Of a stretch of 38,104 bases of DNA, positions 17,482 through 27,152 are shown piece after piece. The position numbers were made by a program, and so were the translations under genes. This DNA is from an uncultured Bacilli bacterium (GTDB lineage: Bacteria > Bacillota_I > Bacilli_A > RF39 > UBA660). The stretch is taken from assembly GCA_944372205.1 (NCBI GenBank), contig CALVYM010000002.1:1-38104 (forward strand). The letters are read 5' to 3'. The stretch's first letter is position 1. Each line of letters opens with the position of its first letter. A model generated the notes under the pieces. That model was not told the origin of the DNA. It did not search any database and saw only the letters and a program-made list of their open reading frames with translations.

Positions 17482-18174
17482 ATGAAAAATAAAATCGTTT
17501 TAATAGCTATAGTAATAGTTAGTCTATTTGTTGGTGGCCTAGGAGGTTATTTTATCTTTCATGATAAAGATTTAGAAGAAGATAATACTTTACCTAAGCC
17601 AGTTGTATCTGAAGGACTACGAGGAGAACAATTTGGGATTGATAAAAACATTAATGAAGAAACAATTGATAATTATTTAGGTAGAAGTGATAGTGTATAC
17701 CGAGATATGCGAATGTTAAAAGATCCCGGCAATTATGAGGCAATTGGTGGAGATTCTTATTTATCTGGTTTTGTAAGAGGATTTGAAGTTGTACCACTTC
17801 CATATTTAGTTAATGTTTCAGGACTACCAGAAGAAGTTGGAAATACTTATACAGGGACTTCCTTATTTACAGAACAAAACGGTAAATATACGGCAAATTA
17901 TGAAGAATCTATGACTATTTTAGAATCAATATTTCCTAAAGATAAAAATATATTTTTGATGTGCGGCGGTGGTGGATATGCCGGAATGACTAAAACCATG
18001 CTAGTAGCTTTGGGTTGGGATGAAGATAAAATATACAATGTTGGAGCTTATTGGTCATATGATGGTGAAAATAAAGTCGAAGTAAAAAGCACATATAACA
18101 ATGATGTATATTATAATTTTAGTATTGTTCCTTATTATAATATTGACTTTACAACTCTTCATGAGGTCAACTAA
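17482..18174 (+). CDS. Membrane-anchored rhodanese-like domain protein
   Basis: N-terminal TM anchor. C-terminal pattern IFLMCGGGGYAGMTKTMLVALGWDEDKIYNVGAYWSY resembles a rhodanese active-site loop and fold. RBS GAAGGAGG. Confidence 0.5.
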   Translation: MKNKIVLIAIVIVSLFVGGLGGYFIFHDKDLEEDNTLPKPVVSEGLRGEQFGIDKNINEETIDNYLGRSDSVYRDMRMLKDPGNYEAIGGDSYLSGFVRGFEVVPLPYLVNVSGLPEEVGNTYTGTSLFTEQNGKYTANYEESMTILESIFPKDKNIFLMCGGGGYAGMTKTMLVALGWDEDKIYNVGAYWSYDGENKVEVKSTYNNDVYYNFSIVPYYNIDFTTLHEVN

Positions 18175-19052
18175 TGAAAAAGAAATTATTAATAATATTA
18201 AGCATTTTATTATTAATAGTTCTAGGAATAATTTTATATTTAGTTTTAAATAATAAGAAATTTGAATTAGATAATAAATATACTAATAATGGGTTATTTG
18301 ATGAAATAAATTATCAAGAGTTAAATAGTTTAATTCTTGATAAAGATACATTTTTAGTTTTTGTTTATCAAGATATGTGTATTGCTTCTTCTGATTTTGA
18401 AGATGTATTAAATGAATTTATTAATAAATATCCTATTACTATTAAAAAAATTGCTTTTTCAGAAATTAAGGATACTAATATAGAAGAAAAAATAAAATAT
18501 TATCCATCATTTTTAATTTATCATAAAGGAAAATTAATTGATTATTTAAGAACAGATGAAGAAAAAGATACTAAAATATTTCAAAATGCAATCGATTTTG
18601 AAAATTGGTTAAAAGAATATATTATTTTACCAGAAGAAATAAATAATGTATCTAATGAAGATAATATTGATAATGAAAATAAAAATGATTCAGTTGAAAT
18701 AATAGAAGATAATTTATTAGCGGAAATAAAAAAAGAAAATAATAAAGTTAACATTTACTTTTTTTACCGAGATACTTGCCATATTTGTAGCAGTGAAAAA
18801 GAATTTTTTGCAAGTATTGAAGAAGAATATGGAAAATATTATAATTTATATAAACTTAGTGCTAATCTCTATCAAGATTTAATTTTTGAAATTGCTGAAG
18901 TATTTAATGATAATGTCCGAGGAGTACCTTATACAATAATTGGTGATAAATCATTTGTAGGTTTTAGTGAAAATACTAAAGAAGAAATGCTTAATGCTAT
19001 AAAAAATTATAATGGATATGATGTTTATATTGATGAAATAAAGAAAGGATAA
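18174..19052 (+). CDS. Membrane-anchored thioredoxin-fold protein (two Trx-like halves; CHIC motif)
   Basis: TAATG overlap with the upstream gene and an N-terminal TM anchor. The first half has VFVYQDMCIASS...YPSFLIYHKGK. The second half has FFYRDTCHICSSEKEFF...GVPYTIIG. Confidence 0.5.
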   Translation: MKKKLLIILSILLLIVLGIILYLVLNNKKFELDNKYTNNGLFDEINYQELNSLILDKDTFLVFVYQDMCIASSDFEDVLNEFINKYPITIKKIAFSEIKDTNIEEKIKYYPSFLIYHKGKLIDYLRTDEEKDTKIFQNAIDFENWLKEYIILPEEINNVSNEDNIDNENKNDSVEIIEDNLLAEIKKENNKVNIYFFYRDTCHICSSEKEFFASIEEEYGKYYNLYKLSANLYQDLIFEIAEVFNDNVRGVPYTIIGDKSFVGFSENTKEEMLNAIKNYNGYDVYIDEIKKG

Positions 19053-19058
19053 TGGTTA

Positions 19059-19565
19059 ATGGAAAATAAGAACTATAAGATTTTAATCGTATTAGTAGCA
19101 ATTTTAATACTTTTAGTAATAGGAGTTATCATTTATTTAATATATGATAAAGTTAATAGTGCTAATTTAGATAATAACAATAATGTAAATGAAGTAGAAA
19201 ATGCCGAAGATAAAGATGACATTGAAGAACCTACATTTTATACTAGTGAAGAATTATTTACAATGTTGAATGGTAATTGGGCATCAGTTAGTCAAAAAAG
19301 TGATATGATAACTGCAGCTTTTAGTGAGAATCATTTTATGCTTGGCTGGTTTGCATCAGAACCGTTTTATAGTGGTGAAATTACTGATTTTAAAGCAATT
19401 GATATTAATAATTATAGTTTTAATTGTAATGGTGAAATATTTTATGTTGATATTTCCGATTTTCAAAATGGTAATATAAATCTTAAAGTTAATGATAGTC
19501 AAACATATTTATATGAATTTGTTAGTACTAATCAAGATGACTTATTTGAATATTTTGGAATATAA
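19059..19565 (+). CDS. Membrane-anchored hypothetical protein
   Basis: N-terminal TM anchor, acidic linker and a globular C-terminal region. Same operon as the two preceding genes. Confidence 0.5.
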   Translation: MENKNYKILIVLVAILILLVIGVIIYLIYDKVNSANLDNNNNVNEVENAEDKDDIEEPTFYTSEELFTMLNGNWASVSQKSDMITAAFSENHFMLGWFASEPFYSGEITDFKAIDINNYSFNCNGEIFYVDISDFQNGNINLKVNDSQTYLYEFVSTNQDDLFEYFGI

Positions 19566-19605
19566 AAATTAAAGAAGCAAACTTTTAAATTTGCTTCTTT
19601 AATTT
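19566..19605. terminator. Bidirectional terminator
   Basis: Perfect 16-bp stem AAATTAAAGAAGCAAA / TTTGCTTCTTTAATTT with an 8-nt loop, between convergent genes. Confidence 0.7.
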
Positions 19606-19880
19606 AATGGTAAAATATCAATATTTAAAATAATTGCTAATATAACAAAAATAATAAATATAATTAAAAGGCAGAAATATGATCTAGCAAAGTTTCGTAG
19701 ATTAATATTTTTTGTTCCACCTAGAGCTAGAATTATTAAGATTATCCAACCTATAACTGGTAGAGCAAATAATATTTCATATCCCAAATATCCCCACATA
19801 GAAATTGGGGTATAACTTTTTTGACATTCTGGACAAATATTTTTGTCATTTAATTTTTTCCCACAATTATAACAATACAT
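19599..19880 (-). CDS. Zinc-ribbon membrane protein
   Basis: N-terminal CxxC...CxxC (MYCYNCGKKLNDKNICPECQ) followed by two TM segments. Confidence 0.6.
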   Translation of the reverse strand: MYCYNCGKKLNDKNICPECQKSYTPISMWGYLGYEILFALPVIGWIILIILALGGTKNINLRNFARSYFCLLIIFIIFVILAIILNIDILPLN

Positions 19881-19980
19881 ATAAAACTTCTTTTATTAAT
19901 AGTATAACAAATTATTTTAAAATTGAAAACAATATTAAAATAATAAAAATTATGTTATAATTCAATTACTGGAGGTATTT

Positions 19981-21306
19981 ATGGAACAAACTTCACTTTT
20001 TGATGAACCTAAATATGAACCACTTGCCTATAGAATGCGTCCCAGAAATTTAGATGAATTTGTTGGACAAGAACATTTAGTAGGTAATGGTAAAATATTA
20101 AGAAAAATGATTGATTCTGATAATGTTTCTTCGATGATTTTCTGGGGACCACCAGGAGTTGGGAAAACAACACTTGCTCGGATTATTGCTCATGAAACTA
20201 AAGCCGATTTTATCACCTTTTCGGCAGTAACATCAGGAATAAAAGAAATAAAAAAAGTAATGGAAGATGCCGACAATAATAAAAAATTAGGCATAAAAAC
20301 AATTTTATTTATTGATGAAATTCATCGTTTTAATAAAGCTCAACAAGATGCATTTTTACCATTTGTTGAAAAGGGTGCTATTATACTAATCGGAGCTACA
20401 ACAGAAAATCCTTCATTTGAAATCAATAACGCTCTTTTATCTAGGTGTCGCACTTTTGTATTAAAAGAACTATCAGTAGAAAATGTTTTAAGTCTTTTAA
20501 AAAAAGCAATTACCGATGAAAGAGGATTTGGTAAAAGTAAAATTGAAATATTAGATAATGATTTAAAATTTATAGCTATATTTGCTAATGGTGATGCTCG
20601 TAGTGCCTTAACTACTCTTGATATGATTGTTACTAATAGTGATATTGATAAAAATGGAACTATTTGTATAACACGTGATAATATTGAAAGTATTTTATCT
20701 AAAAAAACACTACTTTATGATAAAGATGGAGAGGAACATTATAATATTATATCAGCTTTACATAAATCTATGCGTAATAGTGATCCTGATGCGGCGATCT
20801 ACTGGCTTGCTCGTATGCTCGAAGGGGGAGAAGACCCACTTTATATTGCTAGAAGAATAATTCGCTTTGCATCCGAAGATATAGGCCTTGCCGATACTAA
20901 TGCCCTAAATGTTGCGATAAATGTCTATCAAGCGTGTCATTTTATTGGTATGCCTGAGTGTAATGTTCATTTAGCAGAAGCGGTTATTTATATGAGTATA
21001 GCCCCAAAATCTAATGCTTGTGATATTGCTTATATGAATGCCAAAAAAGATGCCTTAGATACTATTGCAGAACCAGTGCCACTGCAAATTCGTAATGCTC
21101 CAACAAAACTTATGCAAAATTTAGGCTACGGCCAAGGTTATAAATTTGCTCATGATTATGAAAATAAACTTACAAACATGGATTGCTTGCCAACAACTTT
21201 AAAAGGAAAAGTATATTATCAACCAACAACTCAAGGTAATGAAATTAAATTTAAACAAAGATTAGAACAAATAAAAAAGTGGAAAAGTGATAATAAAAAT
21301 ATCTAA
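19981..21306 (+). CDS. rarA: Replication-associated recombination protein A (MgsA/RarA AAA+ ATPase)
   Basis: Walker A GPPGVGKTT, Walker B FIDEIHRFNKAQQDAFLPFVE, and the conserved C-terminal region HYNIISALHKSMRNSDPDAAIYWLARML. RBS GGAGG and extended -10 TGtTATAAT. Confidence 0.95.
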   Translation: MEQTSLFDEPKYEPLAYRMRPRNLDEFVGQEHLVGNGKILRKMIDSDNVSSMIFWGPPGVGKTTLARIIAHETKADFITFSAVTSGIKEIKKVMEDADNNKKLGIKTILFIDEIHRFNKAQQDAFLPFVEKGAIILIGATTENPSFEINNALLSRCRTFVLKELSVENVLSLLKKAITDERGFGKSKIEILDNDLKFIAIFANGDARSALTTLDMIVTNSDIDKNGTICITRDNIESILSKKTLLYDKDGEEHYNIISALHKSMRNSDPDAAIYWLARMLEGGEDPLYIARRIIRFASEDIGLADTNALNVAINVYQACHFIGMPECNVHLAEAVIYMSIAPKSNACDIAYMNAKKDALDTIAEPVPLQIRNAPTKLMQNLGYGQGYKFAHDYENKLTNMDCLPTTLKGKVYYQPTTQGNEIKFKQRLEQIKKWKSDNKNI

Positions 21307-21325
21307 AATAAGTAGGTTTAAGATT

Positions 21326-22002
21326 ATGATAGAAAAAGAAATAATAAAAAATAATATATTAGATAAAGATAAATTAATACCATTCGGTTTTATTAAAGAT
21401 AATAATAATTATAAATATATAACTAATATTATGAATAATAAATTTAAGGTAGAAATAATTATTAATGCAAATAATAAATTAATAGGAAAAATATATGATA
21501 TAAAAACTAATGAAGAATATACAAACTTTAGGGTAGAAAATCTAGGTTCTTTTTCAAATATTGTTAAAGAAGAATATATAAAAATACTTAAAAATATTGT
21601 AAGTAATTGTTATATTAATCATTATTTTTCTTTTAATCAAACTAATCGTATTGTAAATAAAATAATAAAAAAATATAATGTTAATCCAGAATTTTTATGG
21701 GAAAAATATCCAAAGTTTGGAGAGTATTTAGAAATAAAAACAACAAATGGTTTGCGGTTATTTTAAATGTTGATAAAAGTAAAGTTATTAACAATGAATC
21801 AGGAGAAATAGAAATAATTAATGTGAAGTTAGATGATTTAGTTAATAAATACCAAAAAGAAAAGGGATATGCTTTGGCATATCATATGAATAAAAAAAGT
21901 TGGATAACTATTATCTTAGATGATACATTACAAGATGAAACAATTATAAAGTTAATAGATATTAGTTATAAAAATGTAAGGAGTAAAAATGCGAGAATTT
22001 AA
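21326..22002 (+). pseudogene. MmcQ/YjbR-family protein gene with N-terminal extension, split by a frameshift near 21717-21725
   Basis: Frame A reads ...NPEFLWEKYPKFG then runs into a stop at 21764-21766. The adjacent frame continues with the expected family sequence VFRNKNNKWFAVILNV...AYHMNKKSWITIILDD...LIDISY. The join requires a 1-nt indel in TTTGGAGAGTATTT. Confidence 0.7.
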
Positions 22003-22552
22003 AGGAAATAGTTTAATAAGAAATATAGAAGATTATACAGTTGTAGATATTGAAACAACTTCACTTGATTCAAGAAGTGGCGAAATTTTAGAAATTAGTG
22101 CTATAAAAGTACGAAATAAGGAAATTGTTGATACTTTTTCTAAATTAATTAAAGTTTCATATGTTTCTGCATTTACCACCCACCTAACGGGTATCACTAA
22201 TACTGAAATGCAAGAATATGGTGAAGATTTAATAAAAGTTTTAGAAGACTTTTTGATCTTTTTAGGTGATGATATAATTGTTGGTCATAATGTTAATTTT
22301 GATGTTAATTTCTTATATGATAATTTAGAAAGAAAGTTAAGTATTTTTTTAACTAATAATTATATTGATACACTTAGATTATCTAGAATGTATTTGCCGC
22401 AGCTAAAGCACCATCGGCTTGATGACTTGATAACTTATTTTAATTTAGAACAAAGAAGTGAACATCGAGCTCTAAATGACTGTGTACTTACTAATCAAGT
22501 TTATTTAAACTTATGTAAATTAGAAAATAAAGTATATGATAAAATAGCTTAA
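21989..22552 (+). CDS. DEDDh 3'-5' exonuclease (DnaQ/epsilon-like)
   Basis: Exo I VVDIETTSL, Exo II GHNVNFDVNFL, Exo III HRALNDC. RBS AAGGAG. Confidence 0.85.
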   Translation: MREFKGNSLIRNIEDYTVVDIETTSLDSRSGEILEISAIKVRNKEIVDTFSKLIKVSYVSAFTTHLTGITNTEMQEYGEDLIKVLEDFLIFLGDDIIVGHNVNFDVNFLYDNLERKLSIFLTNNYIDTLRLSRMYLPQLKHHRLDDLITYFNLEQRSEHRALNDCVLTNQVYLNLCKLENKVYDKIA

Positions 22553-22610
22553 ATAATAGTAGACAAATAAGCAAAAATGTATTAAAATACAATTTATCCA
22601 AGGGGGATTT

Positions 22611-23147
22611 ATGAATAAAGAATTGTTAAAACATGCTCAAGAATATATCGAAAAAATGGCTCAAGGTATCAATCCAATTACTGGAGAAGTAGTGCCAGAA
22701 GATGATACACTTAATAACATTAAAATAACTAGATGTCTTTATTATGTTAATGATGTTTTAAAAGAAGTTATTTCTAAAGGAATAAAAGGAAATAAAAATA
22801 AAGGTATTCCATTTAATTTAACAATTGATGAATTAAATAACTATGAACTTACTGAAGAATTACCATTATCTAAAATAGTTAAAAAAATAAATGATTTAAA
22901 AAATAATTTGGATATGAATGATTTAAAATTAAAAGATGTTTATGAATGGCTAATAGATATTGGTTTATTAGAAATAGTTAAAATTAATAATAAAAACTGC
23001 AAAAGACCAACAGAACTTGGTAAAGATATGGGAATAAGACTAAAGCACGTTTATAATAATTATGAATCATATGACATAGTTATATTTAATATAGAAATTC
23101 AAAAATTTATAATTGATAATTTTAATAGTTTATATGAATATATTTAA
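22611..23147 (+). CDS. Hypothetical protein
   Basis: 178-aa ORF with RBS AAGGGGGA. No motif recognised. Confidence 0.5.
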   Translation: MNKELLKHAQEYIEKMAQGINPITGEVVPEDDTLNNIKITRCLYYVNDVLKEVISKGIKGNKNKGIPFNLTIDELNNYELTEELPLSKIVKKINDLKNNLDMNDLKLKDVYEWLIDIGLLEIVKINNKNCKRPTELGKDMGIRLKHVYNNYESYDIVIFNIEIQKFIIDNFNSLYEYI

Positions 23148-23157
23148 GAGGTTTAAA

Positions 23158-23622
23158 ATGATTAGAGAAATGAATTTAAATGATTATGAAGATGCAAGAA
23201 TATTAGTTGAGCAAATTCACGAATTGCATTTAAGTAATCGACCAGATATATATAATGATGAAGAATCATTTCCAAAAGAATACTTTAAAAAAGTATTAAA
23301 TGATACAAGTAATATTAATTATGTATATATAGAAGATGAGAAAATAGTTGGCATTTTAATTGCAACTTTACAACATACTAATCCACTACCTATTATTAAA
23401 CCTAGAGCCTTTTATTTTATAGAAAATATTGTAGTAGATAAAAATTATAGAAGGAAAGGTATTGCTAAAAAGTTATTTGAATATTTATCTTTAAAAGCAA
23501 AAGAAAATAATATAGATTCAATAGAGTTAAATGTTTGGTCTTTTAATAGTGATGCAATTAAGTTTTATGAATCTATGGGAATGAATATTAAAAATATTAG
23601 AATGGAAAAAAAGTTCAAATAA
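23158..23622 (+). CDS. GNAT-family N-acetyltransferase
   Basis: ATG at 23158 after AAGAGG. Acetyl-CoA motif VVDKNYRRKGIAKKLFEYL. Confidence 0.85.
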   Translation: MIREMNLNDYEDARILVEQIHELHLSNRPDIYNDEESFPKEYFKKVLNDTSNINYVYIEDEKIVGILIATLQHTNPLPIIKPRAFYFIENIVVDKNYRRKGIAKKLFEYLSLKAKENNIDSIELNVWSFNSDAIKFYESMGMNIKNIRMEKKFK

Positions 23623-23637
23623 TTATGGACTTTTTTT
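23606..23637 (+). terminator. Rho-independent terminator
   Basis: AAAAAAAGTTCA / TGGACTTTTTTT (one G-T pair). The 3' arm is nearly identical to that of the terminator at 25411-25439. Confidence 0.55.
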
Positions 23638-23693
23638 CTGCTTTTTGATACACTATATGGGTAATTGGACATATAATAAGGAAGTGGGAGTAT

Positions 23694-25412
23694 ATGAAAA
23701 AGAAAATGGATGAAAAAAAGAAAAAGATAATTTATATTGGAGTTATTATTCTTTTAATCATGCTTATTTTATTAGTTTGGTTTTATTGGTTTTTAACAAA
23801 TAAAGAATTAAAAGTAAAAACTCAAGCTATAAATAATTCTAATGAAACAATAGAATCGGTATTAGAGGATAAAACATTTGATGAACAAAAAAGTATTTTA
23901 TTAGAATTATTAGATGGAGAAATTAGTAATTATAAAAATACTTGTGTAGATAGTGAAAATGAAGAATGTAAAAATGTAGAAGAAAAACTTGCTAAACTAG
24001 AATCTTTAAAGGAAAAAGTAAATTCTTTAGAAAGTGCTGAAGAAGTAAGTAATGTATCAGTAAAAATAAGTGATTATTTAAATTCTTTAAAACCAGTTGA
24101 TGTAGAAGAAGAAACTGAATCAAGTTCTTCTAGTTCCTCGTCTAATAAAGGCAATAGTTCATCAAGTTCATCTAGTAGTTCTTATGCTCCATCTGGTAGT
24201 ATTGAGAGTATTTTAAATAGTGCTAAATTAAACCCCACTAAAACTGGTTATCCAACACTTGATAATTATGCAACATCAGTTTTAAATTCGGTAACTAATG
24301 ATTCAATGTCCACTTATGAAAAAGTAAAGGCCGTATATGATTGGATAATTAATAATATGAATTATCAATTAGGTTTTGTTATTGGAGAAGAAATAGATAA
24401 TTTAATAAATCAATATGGTTTTTATGAAAAAGATGCAGTAGAAGTTTTTTTAGCAACTAATGGTTTTGGAACACATAGAGGTTCTTGTGATAATTATTCA
24501 GCGATGTTTGTTGTTTTAACTAGAAGAATTGGCTTAGAAAGTTATCCAATTAGTGCTATAACTAATACTGGGGGAGGACATACTACTGTTAATATTAAAA
24601 TTAATGGTAAATGGTATAATTTTGATCCCCAAAGAGAAGATAATTCTTTAAAAAATGGTAAAATTACTTATCTTGCTTTTGGAGAAGATGATAATGATTC
24701 TAAACCATATACTTATGTAAATAGAAATAATGATGTAGCTTCTTTTCATGGATTTCAAAAACAACCTGAAAGTAATTATTTGAAGGCAACAATTACTATC
24801 GGAGGTAAAAGTTATACTTTAAAAACTGCCGTTAGTTCATATACTTATATAGCTCCTGAGATGATTGAAATTAATTATGCCCAAACTCCTAATGTAGTTA
24901 TTAAAGTTGATGCTAGTGAAAAAGTTAAATATGCAACAACTAGTCATTCATATCCAACCGCTAATTTTGTTTGGAATATTGAAGGAACGATTGATAAAAC
25001 TGGAGAAATTATGATTAATCAAAGTGTATCTTATATTAAATACGAAATAATTCATTTAGAAGATGATTTAGGAAGAGGGCTTAATTTAATAGTTAAAGTA
25101 AATTATCGTGATCCTAGTAAACCATTTACAATTGATTATCAAGGGGGAGATGCTACTTATAATGATTATGTATATTTAAGCGTTGCAAAAAGGGATGCAG
25201 TTGGTGATGTATCATTTAGTTATAAAGTAATTGAAACTAATGACCCAAAAGGTGCTGATGGTATAGTATTTACTGAAGAAAAATATTCTACTTATACGGT
25301 TAAAGTAAGTAATCTTGATCGAACTAAATATTATTATGTTGTTGAGATAACTGGTGTAGATGAAGCTGGTAATGTTGCTAAAGATACTGCTAGAATTGAG
25401 GTTAAATCTTAA
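23694..25412 (+). CDS. Membrane-anchored transglutaminase-like (cysteine protease fold) domain protein with Ser-rich linker and C-terminal beta-rich region
   Basis: N-terminal TM anchor and a poly-Ser linker. The core GSCDNYSAMFVVLTRRIGLESYPI...GGGHTTVNIKINGKWYNFDP has the Cys-His-Asp arrangement of the transglutaminase-like superfamily. Confidence 0.7.
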   Translation: MKKKMDEKKKKIIYIGVIILLIMLILLVWFYWFLTNKELKVKTQAINNSNETIESVLEDKTFDEQKSILLELLDGEISNYKNTCVDSENEECKNVEEKLAKLESLKEKVNSLESAEEVSNVSVKISDYLNSLKPVDVEEETESSSSSSSSNKGNSSSSSSSSSYAPSGSIESILNSAKLNPTKTGYPTLDNYATSVLNSVTNDSMSTYEKVKAVYDWIINNMNYQLGFVIGEEIDNLINQYGFYEKDAVEVFLATNGFGTHRGSCDNYSAMFVVLTRRIGLESYPISAITNTGGGHTTVNIKINGKWYNFDPQREDNSLKNGKITYLAFGEDDNDSKPYTYVNRNNDVASFHGFQKQPESNYLKATITIGGKSYTLKTAVSSYTYIAPEMIEINYAQTPNVVIKVDASEKVKYATTSHSYPTANFVWNIEGTIDKTGEIMINQSVSYIKYEIIHLEDDLGRGLNLIVKVNYRDPSKPFTIDYQGGDATYNDYVYLSVAKRDAVGDVSFSYKVIETNDPKGADGIVFTEEKYSTYTVKVSNLDRTKYYYVVEITGVDEAGNVAKDTARIEVKS

Positions 25413-25439
25413 AAAGTCCAAATTATAATGGACTTTTTT
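25411..25439 (+). terminator. Rho-independent terminator
   Basis: Perfect stem AAAAAGTCCA / TGGACTTTTT with an 8-nt loop and a T-run. Confidence 0.7.
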
Positions 25440-25479
25440 ACATATATTTGATATTATAACATTTATTGGAAGTGATAAG

Positions 25480-27096
25480 ATGAATATAGAATTATATAGT
25501 TACAAAAATTTAAGTTTAGGAACTAAAGAACTTATGAAATATGCTTGTTCAATTTATCAAACGATGTTAAATAAATCAAGTAATACTAAAGATACCATAA
25601 GAAGTGCTGTAATAGATTCTTATGGTAGTGAAGAAAAATTTGCTTATGCCCTGTATTTAGCATTTTTCTTTGCAGATAATAGTTGGGGAACAAAATTAAC
25701 ATCTTATAAAGATTTAAATATTGATGATTTATTGGGTTTTGTTTGTTTAAAAAAAGAGGATATTAAAATATTAGAAGAGAAAGAAATTGTTGAAATTTAT
25801 AAAAAATATTATCAAATTATAATAGCTAAAATTTCTAATAAATCAGAAGAAATTAAATTTATGAGTCCTGAAGTTCTTTATGGTTTATTTTATGAAATAT
25901 TTTGGGGTAATACAAAAATATTAGATGCTTTTGCTCAAAAATTTATGCCATATTTAAGTAGCTTTAAATATCATAAAAGTTTTGATGATGCCCATAATTA
26001 TGCCATTAAAAATGGTAGTTTAAAAGTACTTGATGAAATGGCTCATGAAGAGGCATCAACAATTACAGATTTAGTTGCTTTAGAAAAGAAAAATTGTATT
26101 AGTTTAAATAGTGATAAATTATGGACTTTGTTAGAAGATATCAAGAAAAAATTTGTTGGTCAAGAAGAAACAGTAGAAAATTTATTTTATAATATTGTTA
26201 ATAATTTATCTATTGCTCTTAATAATGGGGATGCTTCTAGTCGATCAATTATTTTTCTTGATGGTTCAACAGGAACGGGTAAAACAGCTATAACTAGTGC
26301 TATTTCAAGTGGATTAAATGTTCCTTTTGCAGCATCATCAATTACTAACTATTCAGCAACGGGTTATGTCGGTGGTAATATAACTGATACTTTGATTAGT
26401 TTATATAATAATGCTCATGGTAATTTAGAAAAGGCCAAAAGAGGCATAATTGTTTTTGATGAATTTGATAAATTAGCAATTAAAGGTAATAATTTAGAAA
26501 TGAAAAAAGCCGTTCAACAACAACTTCTAGACTTTTTAGGTGGTGGAAAATATTTTATAAATCCTAGTTCAACTGAAAAAAACATTGAGTTTGATACATC
26601 AAAGATTACTTTTGTTTGCCTTGGAGCCTTATCAGAATTAAGAGATGAATTGATTAATGTATCTAATCCTATTGGTTTTGAAAGGTATTTTGAAAGCACT
26701 CATGATACTTATGAGATAACTCCCGATGATTTAGTAAGAATTGGTTTAGAACGCGAATTAGTGGGAAGATTTAATACGTATTTACATACCAATGATTATA
26801 CTAAAGAAGATTTATATAAAATATTAACTGAATCATCAATTAGTCCATTAAAAACTTTTGAAGAATTAGTTAAAAATAACGGCAAAAAATTAGTAATCGG
26901 CGAGGGAGTTTTAGAAATTATTGTTGATGAAGCATATAAATTAAAAACTGGAGCTAGAAGTTTACAGACAATTGTAAATAGTATTAGAACAAAATATTTA
27001 AAAGAGATTTTAAGAAGTTCATCTGACACAATTTATTTAGATAAAGAAATAGTGTTAGAAATTACTGGTAATACTTTTAAGAGAATTAGAAGATAA
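25480..27096 (+). CDS. ClpX-paralog AAA+ unfoldase with a novel ~220-aa N-terminal domain (no zinc finger)
   Basis: From about aa 222 the protein is collinear with ClpX:
- FVGQEE
- Walker A GSTGTGKT
- pore-1 loop ATGYVGGN (nt 26362-26373)
- Walker B IIVFDEFDK
- QQQLLDFLGG
- IGF tripeptide NPIGFE (nt 26671-26679)
- LVGRF
- sensor-2 TGARSLQ

The N-terminal region has no CxxC pairs. Confidence 0.85.
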   Translation: MNIELYSYKNLSLGTKELMKYACSIYQTMLNKSSNTKDTIRSAVIDSYGSEEKFAYALYLAFFFADNSWGTKLTSYKDLNIDDLLGFVCLKKEDIKILEEKEIVEIYKKYYQIIIAKISNKSEEIKFMSPEVLYGLFYEIFWGNTKILDAFAQKFMPYLSSFKYHKSFDDAHNYAIKNGSLKVLDEMAHEEASTITDLVALEKKNCISLNSDKLWTLLEDIKKKFVGQEETVENLFYNIVNNLSIALNNGDASSRSIIFLDGSTGTGKTAITSAISSGLNVPFAASSITNYSATGYVGGNITDTLISLYNNAHGNLEKAKRGIIVFDEFDKLAIKGNNLEMKKAVQQQLLDFLGGGKYFINPSSTEKNIEFDTSKITFVCLGALSELRDELINVSNPIGFERYFESTHDTYEITPDDLVRIGLERELVGRFNTYLHTNDYTKEDLYKILTESSISPLKTFEELVKNNGKKLVIGEGVLEIIVDEAYKLKTGARSLQTIVNSIRTKYLKEILRSSSDTIYLDKEIVLEITGNTFKRIRR

Positions 27097-27152
27097 CTTC
27101 TTCTTTTTTAATGCATTTTATGATACAATTAGAGTAGTTAAGGAGATGCGTT

